Of a DNA stretch of 64,000 bases, positions 23,960-36,763 are shown in pieces. The stretch lies in assembly GCF_006345805.1 (NCBI RefSeq), contig NW_021835990.1:62001-126000 (forward strand), given 5' to 3'. Below the pieces are notes generated by a model that was not told the origin of the DNA, did no database searches, and was given only the letters and a program-made list of their open reading frames with translations. A program made the position numbers and the translations under genes. This stretch comes from Octopus sinensis. Lineage: Eukaryota. How positions within the stretch are numbered: position 1 is the first letter of the stretch; every line of letters starts with the position of its first letter.

Positions 23960-26900
23960 ATGAGGTCCCCCAAAACCTTCAAGTCAATTTTCTGCGTTTT
24001 TGTTAAAATGAACAACAAGAAAGTCCTCGACTCACATGATGTGGTCCCCCAAAACCTTCAAGCCAAAAAATTAAAAAAAATTATTTTCTGCGTTTTTGTT
24101 AAAATGAACAACAAGAAAGTCCTCGACTCACATGATGTGGTCCCCCAAAACCTTCAAGCCAAAAAATTAAAAAAAATTATTTTCTGCGTTTTTGTTAAAA
24201 TGAACAACAAGAAAGTCCTCGACTCACATGATGTGGTCCCCCAAAACCTTCAAGCCAAAAAATTAAAAAAAATTATTTTCTGCGTTTTTGTTAAAATGAA
24301 CAACAAGAAAGTCCTCGACTCACATGATGTGGTCCCCCAAAACCTTCAAGCCAAAAAATTAAAAAAAATTATTTTCTGCGTTTTTGTTAAAATGAACAGC
24401 AAGAAAGTCCTCGACTCACATGATGTGGTCCCCCAAAACCTTCAAGCCAAAAAATTAAAAAAATTATTTTCTGCGTTTTTGTTAAAATGAACAACAAGAA
24501 AGTCCTCGACTCACATGATGTGGTCCCCCAAAACCTTAAAGGTAAAAAATTAAAAAAATTATTTTCTGCGTTTTTGTTAAAATGAACAACAAGAAAGTCC
24601 TCGACTCACATGATGTGGTCCTCCAAAACTTTCAAGCCAAAAAATTAAAAAAATTATTTTCTGCGTTTTTGTTAAAATAAACAACAAGAAAGTCCTCGAC
24701 TCACATGATGTGGTCCCCCAAAACCTTCAAGCCAAAAAATTAAAAAAAATTATTTTCTGCGTTTTTGTTAAAATGAACAACAAGAAAGTCCTCGACTCAC
24801 ATGATGTGGTCCCTCAAAACCTTCAAGCCAAAAATTAAAAAAAATTATTTTCTGCGTTTTTGTTAAAATGAACAACAAGAAAGTCCTCGACTCACATGAT
24901 GTGGTCCCTCAAAACCTTCAAGCCAAAAAATTAAAAAAAAATTATTTTCTGCGTTTTTGTTAAATGAACAACAAGAAAGTCCTCGACTCACATGATGTGG
25001 TCCCCCAAAACCTTCAAGCCCAAAAATTAAAAAAAAATATTTTCTGCGTTTTTGTAAAAATGAACAACAAGAAAGTCCTCGACTCACATGATGTGGTCCC
25101 CCAAAACCTTCAAGCCAAAAAATTAAAAAAAATTATTTTCTGCGTTTTTGTTAAAATGAACAACAAGAAAGTCCTCGACTCACATGATGTGGTCCCCCAA
25201 AACCTTCAAGCTAAAAAATTAAAAAAATTATTTTCTGCGTTTTTGTTAAAATGAACAACAAGAAAGTCCTCGACTCACATGATGTGGTCCCCCAAAACCT
25301 TCAAGCCAAAAAATTAAAAAAAATTATTTTCTGCGTTTTTGTTAAAATGAACAACAAGAAAGTCCTCGACTCACATGATGTGGTCCCCCAAAACCTTCAA
25401 GCTAAAAAATTAAAAAAATTATTTTCTGCGTTTTTGTTAAAATGAACAACAAGAAAGTCCTCGACTCACATGATGTGGTCCCCCAAAACCTTCAAGCCAA
25501 AAAATTAAAAAAAATTATTTTCTGCGTTTTTGTTAAAATGAACAACATGAAAGTCCTCGACTCACATGATGTGGTCCCCCAAAACCTTCAAGCCAAAAAA
25601 TTAAAAAAATTATTTTCTGCGTTTTTGTTAAAATGAACAACAAGAAAGTCCTCGACTCACATGATGTGGTCCCCCAAAACCTTCAAGCCAAAAAATTAAA
25701 AAAGATTATTTTCTGCGTTTTTGTTAAAATGAACAACAAGAAAGTCCTCGACTCACATGATGTGGTCCCCCAAAACCTTCAAGCTAAAAAATTAAAAAAA
25801 TTATTTTCTGCGTTTATGTTAAAATGACCAACAAGAAAGTCCTCGACTCACATGATGTGGTCCCCCAAAACCTTCAAGCCAAAAAATTAAAAAAAATTAT
25901 TTTCTGCGTTTTTGTTAAAATGAACAACATGAAAGTCCTCGACTCACATGATGTGGTCCCCCAAAACCTTCAAGCCAAAAAATTAAAAAAAATTATTTTC
26001 TGCGTTTTTGTTAAAATGAACAACAAGAAAGTCCTCGACTCACATGATGTGGTCCCCCAAAACCTTCAAGCTAAAAAATTAAAAAAATTATTTTCTGCGT
26101 TTATGTTAAAATGACCAACAAGAAAGTCCTCGACTCACATGATGTGGTCCCCCAAAACCTTCAAGCCAAAAAATTAAAAAAAATTATTTTCTGCGTTTTT
26201 GTTAAAATGAACAACATGAAAGTCCTCGACTCACATGATGTGGTCCCCCAAAACCTTCAAGCCAAAAAATTAAAAAAAATTATTTTCTGCGTTTTTGTTA
26301 AAATGAACAACAAGAAAGTCCTCGACTCACATGATGTGGTCCCCCAAAACCTTCAAGCCAAAAAATTAAAAAAATTATTTTCTGCGTTTTTGTTAAAATG
26401 AACAACAAGAAAGTCCTCGACTCACATGATGTGGTCCCCCAAAACCTTCAAGCCAAAAATTAAAAAAATTATTTTCTGCGTTTTTGTTAAAATGAACAAC
26501 AAGAAAGTCCTCGACTCACATGATGTGGTCCCCCAAAACCTTCAAGCTAAAAAATTAAAAAAATTATTTTCTGCGTTTTTGTTAAAATGACCAACAAGAA
26601 AGTCCTCGACTCACATGATGTGGTCCCCCAAAACCTTCAAGCCAAAAAATTAAAAAAATTATTTTCTGCGTTTTTGTTAAAATGAACAACAAGAAAGTCC
26701 TCGACTCACATGATGTGGTCCCCCAAAACCTTCAAGGTAAAAAATTAAAAAAATTATTTTCTGCGTTTTTGTTAAAATGAACAACAAGAAAGTCCTCGAC
26801 TCACATGATGTGGTCCTCCAAAACTTTCAAGCCAAAAAATTAAAAAAATTATTTTCTGCGTTTTTGTTAAAATAAACAACAAGAAAGTCCTCGACTCACA

Positions 26901-27312
26901 TGATGTGGTCCCCCAAAACCTTCAAGCCAAAAAATTAAAAAAAATTATTTTCTGCGTTTTTGTTAAAATGAACAACAAGAAAGTCCTCGACTCACATGAT
27001 GTGGTCCCTCAAAACCTTCAAGCCAAAAAATTAAAAAAAATTATTTTCTGCGTTTTTGTTAAAATGAACAACAAGAAAGTCCTCGACTCACATGATGTGG
27101 TCCCTCAAAACCTTCAAGCCAAAAAATTTAAAAAAAATTATTTTCTGCGTTTTTGTTAAATGAACAACAAGAAAGTCCTCGACTCACATGATGTGGTCCC
27201 CCAAAACCTTCAAGCCCAAAAATTAAAAAAAATATTTTCTGCGTTTTTGTTAAAATGAACGACAAGAAAGTCCTCGACTCACATGATGAGGTCCTCCACA
27301 ACCTTCAAGCCT
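23960..27312. repeat. Tandem minisatellite, 95-96 bp unit, about 35 copies
   Basis: Unit TTTTCTGCGTTTTTGTTAAAATGAACAACAAGAAAGTCCTCGACTCACATGATGTGGTCCCCCAAAACCTTCAAGCCAAAAAATTAAAAAAA(A)TTA, repeated head-to-tail with few substitutions. Confidence 0.98.
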
Positions 27313-28019
27313 CGTGAGGCCATTAATTAGCTTAGCTATCTTTTTTCGATGACATAAATTCTTTTTTGTTAAATTTTCGTTAAAAAAATAAAATAAAAGC
27401 TCTAATTGTTATCGACCATGAATAGACTGTGCAATTATCAGATTTTGAAAACCACTAAAAAGGAAAAAGCAAAAATTATTAGAGATTTACATAATTGATT
27501 CTTTTTAACTGCCGAAACTGACAAATTCGATTATGCTACTGTTTAGATTTCTTAAAAGATAGAGGCAAATAAAATTTAAATTAGTCATGTAAATTTCAAT
27601 TTGCCTATATTTAAATCTCCTTGATTTAACAGGCTTTAATTTTTTTCCTTATAATACTACAAAGATGAAGCTGATTATCATTTTCTTTACCGAAACAGAC
27701 AAGTTCGATTATGCTAAAGTTTCAATTCCTTTAAACATAGAGGCAATTAAGTATAATGGCTTTGATTGGATAATACACTTTACATAAATTTCACTAAATA
27801 AATTTACGTAGAAAATTTAATATAAATTACTGATTCGCGTTTACAAAATCATAAGAATGTCCTATAAAGAGAGATCTGAGAATGTTAACAAACAAGAGAA
27901 TATGAACCATATAACAAAAAAAGAGAAACGAGGGAAGATGTGCTTAAATGGTGAGAGAACTTAGACAACAGTTGAACAAGGTCAGGACTGCTGTTAGACT
28001 CAACTACGGGTAATAGAAT

Positions 28020-28829
28020 TATGCATTCTAGGTTAATTGTTTGGGATGAATGTACGATGGCTCATAAAGGCGCATTCAAGCAGTTGACCGAACATATAGA
28101 GATATCAAGAATTGTAGCGACCATTTGTTTGGGGGAGCATTAGTTGTATTGGCAGGTGATTTTAGACAGACGCTGCCAATTATTCAAAGAGGGACGCCTG
28201 CGGATGAATTGAATGCCTGCCTCAAATCGTCATATTTGTGGACACACGTGAAAAAGGTAAGCTTAGATGTAAATGTACATGCACATTTACAAGGCGTTAA
28301 TAGCATATTCCCACAAATCCTTCTAGATATTGGAAATGGGGCAATCACTTCAGAAATGCACGACCAGAAAATTAGGCTACCGGAAGAATTATGTATTTTC
28401 GTAGAAACAGCAGAAGAATTATTGAATGCCGTCTATTCCGAACTATCTGAACACTACGTGAATTTCGACTGGCTGCGTGAACGAGCTATATTAGCTCCAC
28501 TTAATGATGAGGTACTTAATATAAATTTAGATTTATTAATGAAAATCCCTGGCAGAGAAAGAATATATAAATCGGTCGACGTTATTATGGACCATGAAAG
28601 GGCCTGCGATAGATTTAAGAGACTACAATTTCCGCTGAAGATAAGTTTTGCTATGACAATAAACAAGGCCCAGGGACAGTCTTTAAAGGTAGTAGGCTTA
28701 TTTTTAGAGAACGAGTGCTTTTCACATGGCCAGCTGTATGTGGGGTGCTCAAGGGTAGGTAGAAGAGAAATTTATTTATATTTGCCAAGGATGGACGGAC
28801 TGCAAACATCGTTTATCCACAGGCCTTAG
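28020..28829 (+). pseudogene. Helitron PIF1-type helicase remnant
   Basis: IVWDECTMAHK (motif II), LAGDFRQTLP (motif III), QFPLKISFAMTINKAQGQSL and FSHGQLYVGCSRV. Frameshift and internal deletion. Confidence 0.92.
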
Positions 28830-30519
28830 AATAAGGTTATATCAAAGCAGGTCGCATTTATATATCTACATAAATTTATAGTTATTTAAGGAAACTGCGA
28901 GCGTAGCGAGCAGGGCCTCCGCAGGAGCTAGCTCGCAGTGAGCGAAGCGAACTGCTGAGCTAGTTTAAAATAAAAATTTTCCTTCCTTCCTAAAATCCCC
29001 TTTTGGGTATTTCAATTATTAAGTGTATGAAATATCTAATTAGGGTAGGGTCCCTTCAAACTTGGGGTCGTTCGATGCCTGTGACAATAATTTTAAAAAT
29101 TAAAAAAATAATTCTAATTTTGCCAAGAATGATGTAAGAAAATTAAATTATAATTTATTTTTAAAAAAAGTCGATTTATTACAAATCCAATTTTTTTTGT
29201 CAGGCACTGTACAATCTGTGGAACTATTTACTGCAGAAAAATAATTAGTTTCCTTTTCCGATTCGAAATTAGTTTTTAACAAATCTGGACTTTCTGAAGT
29301 TTGTCGAATATTTCGGTCTTTTAAAATATCATAGCCATAATAACTGTTACTGAGAGCTACAATGTCCTCTAATTTACAATCTCTTTAAGATAATCAAAGT
29401 TAACTTACGGGGCTGATGCAAGTCGGCAATAAACCGTATCTTCATTTAGAGGAAGTTGTTTCTAGAATGTGATATAAGGATAAAAGAACCAGAAGGTCTG
29501 ACTCAGTAAGCTGATTTGTCATATATTCAAAAACCTATTTAATTGATGTTTCAGAATTCTAACTGTTTTAAATTCCTCGTTGGAATCGAAATTTTGGCGT
29601 AATAATTTTAATATTTCCAAAATACACTTGGAATAAACCTGAACAGACATACAAGCGCGAATATATTTATTCTTTTAATTTAATTTCACACAAAATAATA
29701 ATAATTGGAATAAATTGAAATTAAATATATTGTGTTATAAACTCTGGGAGACTCATTGAAAAATTTATAAGATACAGGCAAAAGCTAATAAAAAGACAAA
29801 CTATCTGTTTCCCTTGATATTTCATGTAAAATACAAAAAAAATTTACAATTATAGTCTGCTAGAAATTCAAGTTGGATTTTATCGGGGGTGACAGATAAT
29901 GCGACTGGCTGTCGTATTTGTTCAAACGACAGTCTTGAAACTACAGAAACAATTATTTAACTAGCAGCAGAGGATAAGATGGAATGGCAATTCCCACGCA
30001 AGATGACTATTGATATGCGTTGGAAAAGCCCGATGATAATTTCTCCTTCTGCTCGCCAGGTCCCCCAGTTTAATAAGAAATTTTTTAGTTATTTGACAGA
30101 TAATTGTAAATGAGCGAATCTAAAAATTAAAAGTGAAAAGCATCATGTAATAAGATATTTTGAAATGTCAATTACAATTTTATTTTTTATATGCCAATTC
30201 CATTAAATTATCTGTAAAAAATACGTAGTTCACAAGTTTTAAATAATCTACGGTTTTAAATAAAGTAATTATATTTTTTTATTTAGAGCCTTATTTTTTG
30301 ATGCATGAGATGCACAAGTACAGAAATCTTATCATAAAGATGCATTTTAAAATGAATTTTTTAAAACTTCCTTTACAAAAACGGATTTGCAAAAATTGAC
30401 AAAATCTTCATATTTTATTGCTGTCAGAAATTTATTTTTGACTTTTTAAAAATTAAAAAAACATTCTTGTTCTTAATAAGTAAAAGTGGTCTAGAATTTG
30501 CTAGTAATCTCATTGGTCA

Positions 30520-30823
30520 AGGGTTCGATTCCCAGCGGCTGCCTGTGCAGGAAGCTCCGATTGGGTCTGAATGAATTTTATGACAAGTGACGCCGTCATG
30601 ACATCTCACCACATACAGATTCCAAACATGAATGGACTTTTGGATGTTTGTCCCCCTGGCTGTTGAGACATCAGGAATACAGGGGCCTTCTACTCGGACC
30701 CTACTCCAGCGGATTGCCTCATTAATCGAAAGGGTTACCGGCGACCCGTGTGAGCACCGGTATTTAATCGAACGAATATCTATAGCCATAGTCAGAGGAA
30801 ATACTCTGGCTATCTGCCAATGA
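30520..30823 (+). mobile_element. CRE-like (restriction-like endonuclease) LINE 3' fragment
   Basis: FVPLAVETSG...LIERISIAIVRGN is the typical C-terminus of this group. Confidence 0.75.
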
Positions 30824-30957
30824 CTTTTCAAATTCCTCATCTTCATTTTTCAAAATCCATTTGAGGTGAGTGGAAACTATCTCCGTGATTGCGAAGATAA
30901 ATTAAGTCATTAATCTTTAAATAGTTTCTTCCAATCGTGGTTAGATCTTCGAATAAA

Positions 30958-33160
30958 CTACTGGAAAGAATTGACTTTTTGGCCTATCATTATTATATAA
31001 ATATTCACCTTATTAACTAATATTCCGTCTCCACTAAAATTTGATACAATTTTAATGACTTCAGGAAGATTTTCGGAATAATATTTAGCTGCTGATAGCC
31101 AGCTACCCCATCTTGTGACAACCACATCAGGTGGTTGCCCAATTTGTGAAAACATTTCTTTCCGTCCCCTATTTTTTTACTATTGCCGCCTTGATTCTTG
31201 AAATTAATTCATCCACATCTCCAAAACTTTTTGCAGGATATTAAATATAGTTTTTTCGGAAATTCTATATTCCCCATCAAGGATACCAGAAAACGTGACC
31301 CATTAATTTGAGCCTCATCAATGACCATGGAAACATATACGCCACGACAATTTACTTTAAAACAAAACCTTAAGGAATTCATAATTTGATTAATTTTATC
31401 TGTAAAGATTTCTTTGACACACGACCTGCATGTAGATTCAGAAGGGAGAGTAAAGGTATCATTTTGAAACAAGCGTACAGTAAAACCTCTGGTGCTCGCC
31501 ATTTTCGGGACCGAAGAAAAAATGGCGAGCAATAGAATTTGGCGAGCAATGGAAATAATCAATAAATTTTTCGACTTTGAAATTTTGAAAACATCTCGGT
31601 TTTCGATACTTTCCTTCCAAGTCATATTTGAGCAAGAAACAAAGAGAATCGAAAGAAATTAAAAGGAAAAAATTAACTAAAAAAATCTTTAATAGTTTTT
31701 TTGAATTCAGCCATATTTCTAATAACGGTTTTGATTAATTCCAACGAATTTATATCAAAATTTTCATTTTGATAAAAGAATGACTATTCTTTTCAACATT
31801 TTCAAAGCCTCTTCCGAATTAACATGTGATTCATCATTATGAGTATCTTCATCGTCATATTTTTGTGGGAAAGAATCTCCAACAATATTAAGGTAATCTT
31901 TAATTTCATCTATTTCAGTAAATTCATGATTAATAAAATCATCTTTATCCACCGGGCCCAATATTTTCAAAATATTTACCATTTGATCATAATTTTGAAG
32001 GGATAGATTTGTAAAAAAATCCCAGTCTCATTAGCGTTATAAATGTTTTCAGCATTATATTGTTGAATCTTTGCAGAGATCAAAGAAGTAAATGCATCAA
32101 TTTCTTGTTTCTGATCAACTGCAGTAGATCCTGATTCTCCATGTAAAGTCCTCAATTTTAAGTTGTTCCGTATCTTGAACTTGCTTAGCCATCCATTGCT
32201 GGCTTTAAACTCTTTAATTCTATAAATATTAGCAATGTTCTTTGCTTTCAACAAAATTGAATTATCGTCCCCCTTCTAAGCTCAATGTATTCCATCCAAG
32301 TTAACAGTTCGGTGTCAATAACAGAATAAGTTAATTTAGATAATCTCTTCTTATTTGAGAAAATAGGATCAGTAGACATTATTTTCTCTTTTCAAAGTCT
32401 AAAATCGTTTACAGCCCTTCGAGATATTTTTTTATTCAAAACAGAAGAAAAAATGTAAGCTATACGGTCCATCGTGAGACTTTTGTTCTCCTCCATGTAC
32501 GGAATAATGCGACGTTTTTCATTAAAAGACAATCTTGTGCTCTTACGCATGTTGAATTTAGCATGGTTGAAATATTTTATATTAAAAATAGTTTAACCAA
32601 AAAAAATGTTTTTAAAAATTAATGGCGAGATTTAGAAAATGGCGAGCAATAGAATATTTATCAAAATTTACTAGAAATTTTTAATTTTTTTGAAAATATG
32701 TGGCGAGCAATAGAGGTGGCGAGTAACAGAGGTGGCGAGCACCAGAGGTTTTACTGTATTATGGAAAAATGCCTCAGTTTATATAAAGGTATATTGGCTT
32801 CTAGAAATGTTCTTGTGACCGTCAAAGCCCAATTATGTTTACTAGAAATAAATGTCTGTACATTTTGGGATGAATGAATAGAATCTAATTGTGTTTGAAC
32901 GTGTTTTTTTGATAAACGATGGGCGTCAACAGAAAATTTCTTATCGCATCTTACGATTGTAGAACAATAAGAACAAAATAATTTCCCTTCCGGATTAATA
33001 ACAAATTCGGGAAATTTTTTGGCAAAATATCGAGCCTTCTGAGAAGCTGTTTTCTTTTTCATAACAAGAATTATAAAAAACACGCTAAAAATAATCTATT
33101 TCAATAAAAAAATTAAAATTAAGCATTTTTTTAGCATTTAGCATTTGGTTGCCCTAATTA
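30958..33160 (-). mobile_element. hAT-like / CGGBP1-type transposase gene, interrupted by pogo and deleted
   Basis: N-terminal LFCSYCSTIV..H..SKKH zinc finger, FLEANIPLYKLR, VIDEAQ and PDVVVTRWGSWL. Candidate end TAGGGCAACC near 33155. Confidence 0.7.
31478..32756 (-). mobile_element. pogo/Tigger element with both TIRs, deleted transposase (ATG at 32550)
   Basis: TIRs CAGTAAAACCTCTGGTGCTCGCC with TA at 31476-77 and 32757-58. Motifs FKASNGWLSKFK and NIYNANETG; DDE core largely absent. Confidence 0.93.
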
Positions 33161-33465
33161 TTACTCATCCTCATCGATCATCAATAACAGTCTACATCAC
33201 AAATTCTATTTTATTGTTATACCTACTTTATATAAACCCCAAATTGACAAAAAGTAGAACAAAATCAATTTTCTAATCGACACTAAAAACTTATCTTTTA
33301 TCCAATCCTCCTTCTAAACTATAATTAGTAACTAAATAATAAAATCCTCTTCTATTTCAAAGTTATTCTTAACTTTTAAAAAAGGCCTAATTGAACCAAT
33401 AACTCAATTCAAAACATATTTGATTAAAAAAGTGATTAAAAGATGAATAAATAAAACAAACAACG

Positions 33466-33873
33466 TCAAATTGTTGCCCTACAATATGGACAGGATGATT
33501 GAGCAGTCGGACATGCAGACAACCATTTTTTCATGCAAGAATAATGAAACACGTGTCCACATTTAAGTAGACATACATTTGAAGTGGATTTATAATCTAT
33601 AAGACAAATAGAACAAGAATTTTCATCCTCGTAGTTCACAAGTTGGCTAAAAATGATCTTCTTGATTTGATTTCGCGGGTCTTTTGTCATTTCTTTTGAA
33701 AGTAAATTTTTCATGTGTCTTCGATCGACGGTCGAATTGTGGGACACTGCGTGATTTGGAAAGATTATTGGAGTATAAAAGTAATATACTGGATAGGAAT
33801 TAGCATAAGGAGTGTAATGGCCACGAATTGAGGCATCATCATTAGGAAGAGGAGTAAAAGGGTGAAGAGGCAT
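33466..33873 (-). CDS. Small intronless RING-H2 finger protein (probable E3 ligase)
   Basis: CSICLIDY..LLKCGHVFHYSCMKKWL..CPYCR (C3H2C3) at the C-terminus of an open ~135 aa frame. Confidence 0.85.
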   Translation of the reverse strand: MPLHPFTPLPNDDASIRGHYTPYANSYPVYYFYTPIIFPNHAVSHNSTVDRRHMKNLLSKEMTKDPRNQIKKIIFSQLVNYEDENSCSICLIDYKSTSNVCLLKCGHVFHYSCMKKWLSACPTAQSSCPYCRATI

Positions 33874-34466
33874 GACACGTGAATATGACAACAAAAACAA
33901 ATTTGAGATTCTTTATTTTTATTTATTTACAAATTGCTTCTCCAAAAAATATTTTGAATTTAAATGTAATAAATGTGTAATAAAACATATTAATTCTAAA
34001 CAAATTACAAATACATATTTAGCAATTAAAAATATATATAAATGTTAATCTTGACGTTCTAAATTCATTTCTGTATTCAGAAATCTCATCAGATCTTCCT
34101 AGAGAGAGTTATGAATTCTGTCCTTGATTTCTTTAGGAAGGTCTGAGGAGAAAACCGAGGTGATTTTCGAACTCAGAAGCAAATTTTAGTTAATTTAGTT
34201 ATAAATTATTATGTTTTAAAGCGATTAAATTTGATGGTTGTTAATTGTTTCTAGTGGGTGCACCACGTGCGATGGCATTCAGGGTCAACTTCGGATCTAT
34301 TTGAGTCCCCTATTGTAATATATCAAACCGCAAGTATCTTACTCAATTTGATCAAATACGTCAACAAAATTTACCTTAGTGGCAAGAAACATAATAAATC
34401 ACTTCTAAAATAATAGCGTTCTATTTAAATCTAAAAATGCGTTTTTATTTTCACCAAAAATAATTT

Positions 34467-34569
34467 CGAGATCTCCACTTGTGTGCAACTAATCGACCTG
34501 ATTTTTCCAGGACAACTGCCTCCCTTGATTGTCTATTATATTAACTTGTTCAACCTCCTCTAAACCTTT
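34467..34569 (+). repeat. 103-bp direct repeat, left copy
   Basis: Matches 36661-36763 with 2 substitutions seen. Confidence 0.9.
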
Positions 34570-34679
34570 TTACTATCTCATACTAAGGAACTATGTACGA
34601 TGTAACCTAAGATGTCATACTTACAGTGTAAATGAGAAAATAAATTAATTAAAAATATTGTTCCACCAATCATTTCTTC

Positions 34680-36316
34680 TTTATTGACGATCTGAAAATA
34701 GTTGCCCTCAAAGAAGATGTGTTAGTCAAAATGATGGAGGCTGTTAATGGATTTTTTGAAAGTGTCGGCCTAGAGATGAATTCCGAAAAATCAGCATCTA
34801 ATGTGGAATCTTTATCATGCTGTGAGACTGTCGATGGAATCAACGGATATCGCTACTTGGGTGTACTTGAAGATGGCGGAAGTAATGTTCTCAAGAATAA
34901 AGTTATGGACTCCATATTGGAGAATGTCAAGAAGAGGATAACTATGTTGTCAAAACAAACCTGAATGCTGTAAATTTGTTTCGTGGAATCAATGAATATG
35001 CATTATCCCTATATAATTATTATATTGGGCTAATCAATATTGAACCTTACGAATTTGATGAGATTGACCAACAAATACGCCGATTACTTACGACTCTCAA
35101 GTTACACCTCCAGCCTGCAAATAAGGAGAGGTTGTATTTGGACCGCAAGACCCTTGGAAGAGGACTTGCCTCAATTTCTTTCAAAAGCGAATTAATGCTC
35201 TTCCAGTTTCTTAAAAGTTTGGAAAAACAGTCGACTACCTGTCTGCGGAGGTCGGGTATTCTGCGAGTAATAAAAGGAAAAAAATGGCACTTAGCCACAA
35301 TCGCAGAATTTCTTGTCTCCAAATATGCAGCTGTCGGCAGGGAAAATCTGACCATTGAGTTACTGAAGGACGCACAAAGGAAACTCTTGCTTAACCGAAT
35401 TAACAGTAAATCACTACACTCGGTGATGTTCAAATGTATGGAGGAATCAGATGTCGACATATCTACTTCTTCGCAATGGCTATCGAAAGGGAACAATGGT
35501 CCACGAAGCGAAGCATTGTACTGTCTTTTGCAAGATAGGAATTTGTTCTTTGCATACACGGGATCACTATGCGTCCACTGCAAAAAAAGCAGGCAGACTG
35601 TTGACCATCTAGCCACGCGGTGTGGTAGGATGCTAAACAGTGATTATCTCCGAAGACACAACGAAGTGGTAAAGTGTATTCATCTCCACTTGTGTCGAAT
35701 GTATGGAATAAAACGAAGCAGGAAATTGAAAGGCCATTCAGTCGTGTCAACAATGTCGACCCAAAATGTCGAAATCAGAGTTGACACTTCAATTATGACT
35801 GAAACAAAGGTTCAATTCAATAAACCTGATATCTTCGTTTATGACAAGAGGAAAAGAGAAATTCATTTAATCGAAGTGGGAGTTACCTCGCAAGACCGTT
35901 TAAAGCAAGTTGAAGTGGAGAAATTTCACAAATATGACCTGCTTGCAAACGAACTGTCGGTTCTCTATGAAGCAAAAGTGAAGATTATTCCAATTGTCTT
36001 GACATGGGATGGAGTTGTCTCAAAGTTCTTTAAAAGTCATATGGACAAATTATCCATTGAAGAAGGAACGAGGACATACATCCAGTCGGTTGTGCTGAAG
36101 AGGACTCTAGAGAGTATGCTTATTGAACACAGACATGGGATGAAGGTAGACAACGAGGAGTACGCCTCTGCCGCCAATCAACTTGCAGAGCTGGCATGTC
36201 GTGAGGACACTCAGTTGAACAATTACTTTGACGCAGAAATGGAAAATGATGAGAATTTTGTTGCAAACTCTTCTTCCAAGCGAAGAAGAGAAATCACTGA
36301 CAATCTGGATTCTTAA
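34680..36316 (+). mobile_element. 5'-truncated R2/NeSL-type (REL endonuclease) non-LTR retrotransposon
   Basis: FIDDLK RT motif near 34680, YRYLG, CCHC finger (CVHC..TVDHLATRC), RHNEV, KPDIFVYD, and IEVGVT..KYDLL. One frameshift near 34950. Confidence 0.9.
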
Positions 36317-36660
36317 ATAATTTAAGATAGAATTTACATAATTAATTTTTTACTAAACATTGGTTTTTATATCAATTTTGATGTTTTATGAACGTTTTTG
36401 CATGCAAAACTGGAATCAGACGTTCCTAGACCTTAGTTTCTTTATAGGCTACTACAATGTATGCTAATGGACTATCCATAAGGACCCTTCTACAAGAGGC
36501 CTAGAATTATGCAGTTTATTGATAAAATCTCTAGAATACATTAACAAATTCCCTAAAAATATTATAAATCAGTCAATTAACAAATTTGAAAAGCTGAACT
36601 GTCTGAACTTTAGATAATTCTAACTAAAAATGAGTCTTTATTTCCCGACAAAACACCCCC

Positions 36661-36763
36661 CGAGATCTCCACTTGTGTGCAACCAATCGACCTGATTTTT
36701 CCAGGACAACTGCCTCCCTTGATCGTCTATTATATTAACTTGTTCAACCTCCTCTAAACCTTT
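36661..36763 (+). repeat. 103-bp direct repeat, right copy
   Basis: Matches 34467-34569. Confidence 0.9.

Larger units (their letters stand above)
23746..28963 (+). mobile_element. Non-autonomous Helitron carrying a satellite array and a deleted helicase
   Basis: 5' A|TC start followed by a (GTCT)n microsatellite. 3' GC-rich stretch ending CTAG|T at 28960-63. Contains PIF1 helicase remnants. Confidence 0.8.

Noticed and set aside
23957-27159. Repetitive ORFs (MNNKKVLDSHDVVPQNLQAKKLKKIIFCVFVK)n as a repeat protein
   Set aside because: A by-product of a 96-bp unit. Frequent 95-bp units shift the frame, so there is no sign of coding constraint.
23960-27312. CRISPR array
   Set aside because: No unique spacers; contiguous identical monomers in a eukaryotic context.
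29040-29060. Telomeric repeat (TTAGGGTAGGG)
   Set aside because: Only one to two units, with no array.
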